Shown piece after piece: positions 19,225-22,090 of a DNA stretch of 22,090 bases. A program made the position numbers and the translations under genes. The first letter of the stretch is position 1. Each line of letters opens with the position of its first letter. The DNA is taken from positions 1-22,090 of the forward strand of contig QPMI01000385.1 of NCBI GenBank assembly GCA_004431415.1. The letters run 5' to 3'. Below the pieces are notes generated by a model, which made no database searches, was not told the origin of the DNA, and saw only the letters and a program-made list of their open reading frames with translations. The stretch is from Cyanophora paradoxa CCMP329 (lineage: Eukaryota > Plantae > Glaucophyta).

Positions 19225-20990
19225 CTACGGGAGGAGTGTGGGCGTATTTGGAGAGCTGGCGGGCGATCTGGCGTGGGCTGCCGCTGAAAGGATGATGTCG
19301 GCTGCCTTGGCTGCTCCGTCACCCTCCTCACGCATCTTCTGTGCTGCTGCCTCGACCCGCTCGCGGATGGGGCCCCCGTCTTCGCCCAGCAGGTCGAGGA
19401 TGGCGCGCTTGAGGCCTGCACCCTTCGAGCCGAGACTGGAGAGGCCACACGGGCTCCGCCCGAGGCCAGCCCGCAACACGCAGCCCGCCCAGAAGGGCTG
19501 GTCGTTTGCTGAAAAGTCTGCGGGGAGAACGATGAGGGGGCGCGCTGCCCGCACGGCCGCGTGAACTGTGCCCGCTCCGCCGTGTGTCACGATGAGAGCG
19601 CAGCGAGGGAAGAGCCAAGAGTGCGGCGCAGGCTCCTGGAGCAGGAAGAGCCGCTCCGAGTTGGCCCGCAGGGCTCCGAGAACGGCTTCTCCATACAGAA
19701 CAGCGGAGCCGGTAACGGTCGCGAGGTGCAGGATGGATCTGTACATGTTTCGCTGTCAAAAACAAGAGCAACTTGAGGGGGGTCGGCCTAGCGACGTACC
19801 GAACGCCTCGCTCTGCGAGGGCCGCGAGGGCAGTCGCGACAGTCCCCAGCACGGTCTTCGACTGCTCCATTGTGAACGTGCCAAGCATCGAGCCGAAGCC
19901 ACAGTAGACAGGTGGCTCCCCAGCAGAAAGGAAGTCGGCGAGGGCCGGCGGGGGCGTGAACGGTGCCTCGGGGACGAGCGCTGATCCGACGACGTGCTCG
20001 TTGGGCGGCCAGTCGGCGGGCCGCTGCACTAAAACAGAGCTGAAGAGGTGCACTGTTGGAAGGGCCCTCGCGCGATACAGCTGAGCGGGGCTTTCGGTCA
20101 TCGGCTTGAGGCCTACCCCCGCCCGCAGCTCGTCAATTAGGGGGCGGTTGAGGAGCCATCCAGCCGCGTGGAACATGCGCCATTTCGCCAAGGCGGCGAA
20201 GCCAAACCAGACACGGGCGTCGCCAAAGCCGACGGGAGGGGCGAACTCGCGAGTCTCGCAGAGGGGTGAAAGGTGCGCCGCGCAGAAGGGCACCTGCGGC
20301 GCGCTTTGAGAGATGGCGCAGTCTCGCAGTCAGGCGCTGGGCGCACGTCCCCGATGGCAGAGCAGATGGAAGGTCCAAACCAGACGGGCTAGCGCGTGGT
20401 GAGCGGGAGGGCGCGGGCTGCGAAGGGCGGTGAGGGGGGATATTCTCACGAAGCTCGAGAGCACGACCAAGTCCGGCTTGAAGGCCCTCGCGGCGGCGAG
20501 CGCCCCCGAAAACCACTCTTTCATCAGGCGCCGCATGAACACCTTGCTTGCGGCCATCGCGCTCAGCCCCTTGGCGCGCTGCGCGAGCTTTTATTTAGCA
20601 CGGCGGTCCGGTCTGTGCTGTGCGGAAGAAACGGGTGCGTACGTGCCAGGCGATTCCCTCTGGCCATTCGTACAAAGCGACCTCCCCGCTTGTGCCGATG
20701 TCGGCGAAGCGCACGCCTTGCTGTTGAAAAACCGCGTTACTGAACACGCTGTGGGTCGCCTGTGTGGGATCAGTGCATATCAGCGATGCACTCAGGCACG
20801 TATGCAATGTTAAGCAACACGCACGAACATAACGTCGCATCCCTTCGCCGCGAATGCCCTGCCGAGGCCGCAGAAGGGCAGCACATCCCCTCTACCGCGG
20901 TGGCGTCAAGTGCGGCCGCGGCCGGCAGTGGACGCGTGGATTATAATCTTATTCGCACCGCGTGCCGCAGGAGAGGATGAGGATCTTCAT
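19225..20990 (-). CDS. UDP-glycosyltransferase, sterol 3-beta-glucosyltransferase-like (GT1; GT28_N + C-terminal UDPGT), 6 GT-AG introns
   Basis: MKILILSCGTR|GDVLPF..ATH, RPADWP..HVVG, LADFLSAGEPPVYCGFGSM, APHSWLFPRCALIVTHGGAGTVHAAVRAARPLIVLP..DQPFWA. Confidence 0.92.
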
Positions 20991-21185
20991 CGCTCCGGCG
21001 GCTGCGGCCGCGTAGTATTGTAGGACAGGGGAATTCGAATCGCCGAGTCGCGCGCCCCCGCTGCTGCGTTGTCCGCGGCTTTAGCTAACCGTCAGATCGA
21101 AGCTGGGCCGATAGGCTGATCCGATTTAGCAGCCTGTCAGGCCACTCGAGCATGCTTGAGCTCGGCTACGGCGATCGCTCTGTCT

Positions 21186-21265
21186 GTTGAGCTCGTATGC
21201 GTGCCGAGTCGTACGTACTGGTGAACCCCCTCGCGCGCGATCGTATGCGTTGAGCTCGTATGCGT
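21186..21265. repeat. 17-bp direct repeat plus partial third copy
   Basis: GTTGAGCTCGTATGCGT at 21186-21202 and 21249-21265; TCGTATGCGT also at 21241-21250. Confidence 0.8.
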
Positions 21266-21485
21266 AAGGGGGGGTACCCCCTCCCTTGCTCCCTGGTGAA
21301 TTGGTACCGCGGTGCGGCGTACTTTCTGTGTTAGCAATTTTCGGCCTTGGGAAAGGAGAGGCCCTTGCAATTGGGTCTGTGCCTGTCCTCTGGCAAACTT
21401 CAATAGTATACCCCGTCAAACTGTCCATCAAGTGTACCCGGCCCCGCGGCCGATCGCGCGAACGATATATATCATCGATCGGTCC

Positions 21486-21536
21486 GATCATCGGTCCGAT
21501 GATATCGATCGCGATCGATATCATGATCCGATGATC
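21486..21536. repeat. Long palindrome (26-bp perfect core, 9-bp outer arms)
   Basis: ATGATATCGATCGCGATCGATATCAT (21499-21524) is self-complementary; outer arms GATCATCGG (21486-21494) and CCGATGATC (21528-21536). Confidence 0.9.
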
Positions 21537-21586
21537 AAGAATCAGTAACGAAGTGCCCCGGGCCCGAGCTGGGCTTGCACAGGCCT

Positions 21587-22090
21587 TCAAGGCTTGGAGC
21601 TCGGAGGGCTCGCCTGCGATGCTATATAGCTAGGCGATCGTGAAGGATGCCATGATGCAGTGGGGGGAGGGGGGGGGGGGGGGGGGGGGGGGGAGGGTGT
21701 GTGTGTGGGGGGGGGGTGAGGGTGTGTGTGGGGGGGAGGGGGGGGGGGGGGGGGGCAATCAGCGGGCGGGCCCTGGCCGGGTCGCGGTCCGGGGCGAGGG
21801 CCTCCTTCATGCGCTCGCGGAGGTCGGCCTTGAGGTCCGCGAAGGAGCGGAAGAGGAACTCCGTCGCCGACCCGCTCCGCGCCAGGCCCCGCCCGGACCC
21901 CTTCCCGCTGCCCCCGGCCCCACCCGACCCGGGCCCCGCCCCGGGCCCCTCCTCCCCCCGCTCCGGCGTCCCCACCGCCCCCGTTGACCCAGCCCGCTGC
22001 ACCTCCAGCCCTTCGCCAGCCCCCGGAGGCGAGGCGTCCGGAGGTGGTGAGGCGGGGCCGGGGGCGGGGCCAGGCACGGGGGGCTCGGGG
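21587..22090 (-). CDS. 3' end of an unidentified gene running off the window
   Basis: Coding-like frame ..LARSGSATEFLFRSFADLKADLRERMKEALAPDRDPAR, then a C-rich intron-like tract and a possible last exon ASPPSSKP* ending at 21587. Confidence 0.5.
   Translation of the reverse strand, partial: PRAPRAWPRPRPRLTTSGRLASGGWRRAGGAAGWVNGGGGDAGAGGGGARGGARVGWGRGQREGVRAGPGAERVGDGVPLPLLRGPQGRPPRAHEGGPRPGPRPGQGPPADCPPPPPPPPHTHPHPPPTHTPSPPPPPPPPPPTASWHPSRSPSYIASQASPPSSKP

Noticed and set aside
1-22090. tRNA, rRNA or transposase genes
   Set aside because: No cloverleaf, rRNA-like or transposase/RT motifs recognised by eye; a covariance-model search was not possible.

Overview
Gene-dense eukaryotic nuclear DNA from a GC-rich protist or alga. 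The GTGCGC-type donors and 47-71 nt introns would fit a glaucophyte-like genome, but the taxon cannot be established from the sequence. Manual splicing gives eight genes plus one partial gene: CCA-adding enzyme (-), LOG2/MGRN1-type RING E3 (+), Codanin-1 (-), short NudC (+), a TM/MENTAL-like + START protein (-), a RING-H2 protein (+), an NHE8/NHX-type Na+/H+ exchanger (-), a sterol-glucosyltransferase-like GT1/GT28 enzyme (-), and a truncated unknown CDS at the right edge. The window alternates between moderate-GC and extremely GC-rich multi-kb domains. The most striking signal is in splicing. In the hyper-GC domains at least 14 introns are GC-AG (9 of 18 in the exchanger), all with G at exon position -1. 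Some of these introns retain almost no A/T apart from the branch site and the AG. All 25 introns mapped in four moderate-GC genes are GT-AG. Other observations: a 6-nt microexon, several homopolymer frameshifts (probably assembly errors), and palindrome/inverted-repeat-rich intergenic DNA. Most long ORFs in the supplied track are GC shadow ORFs.
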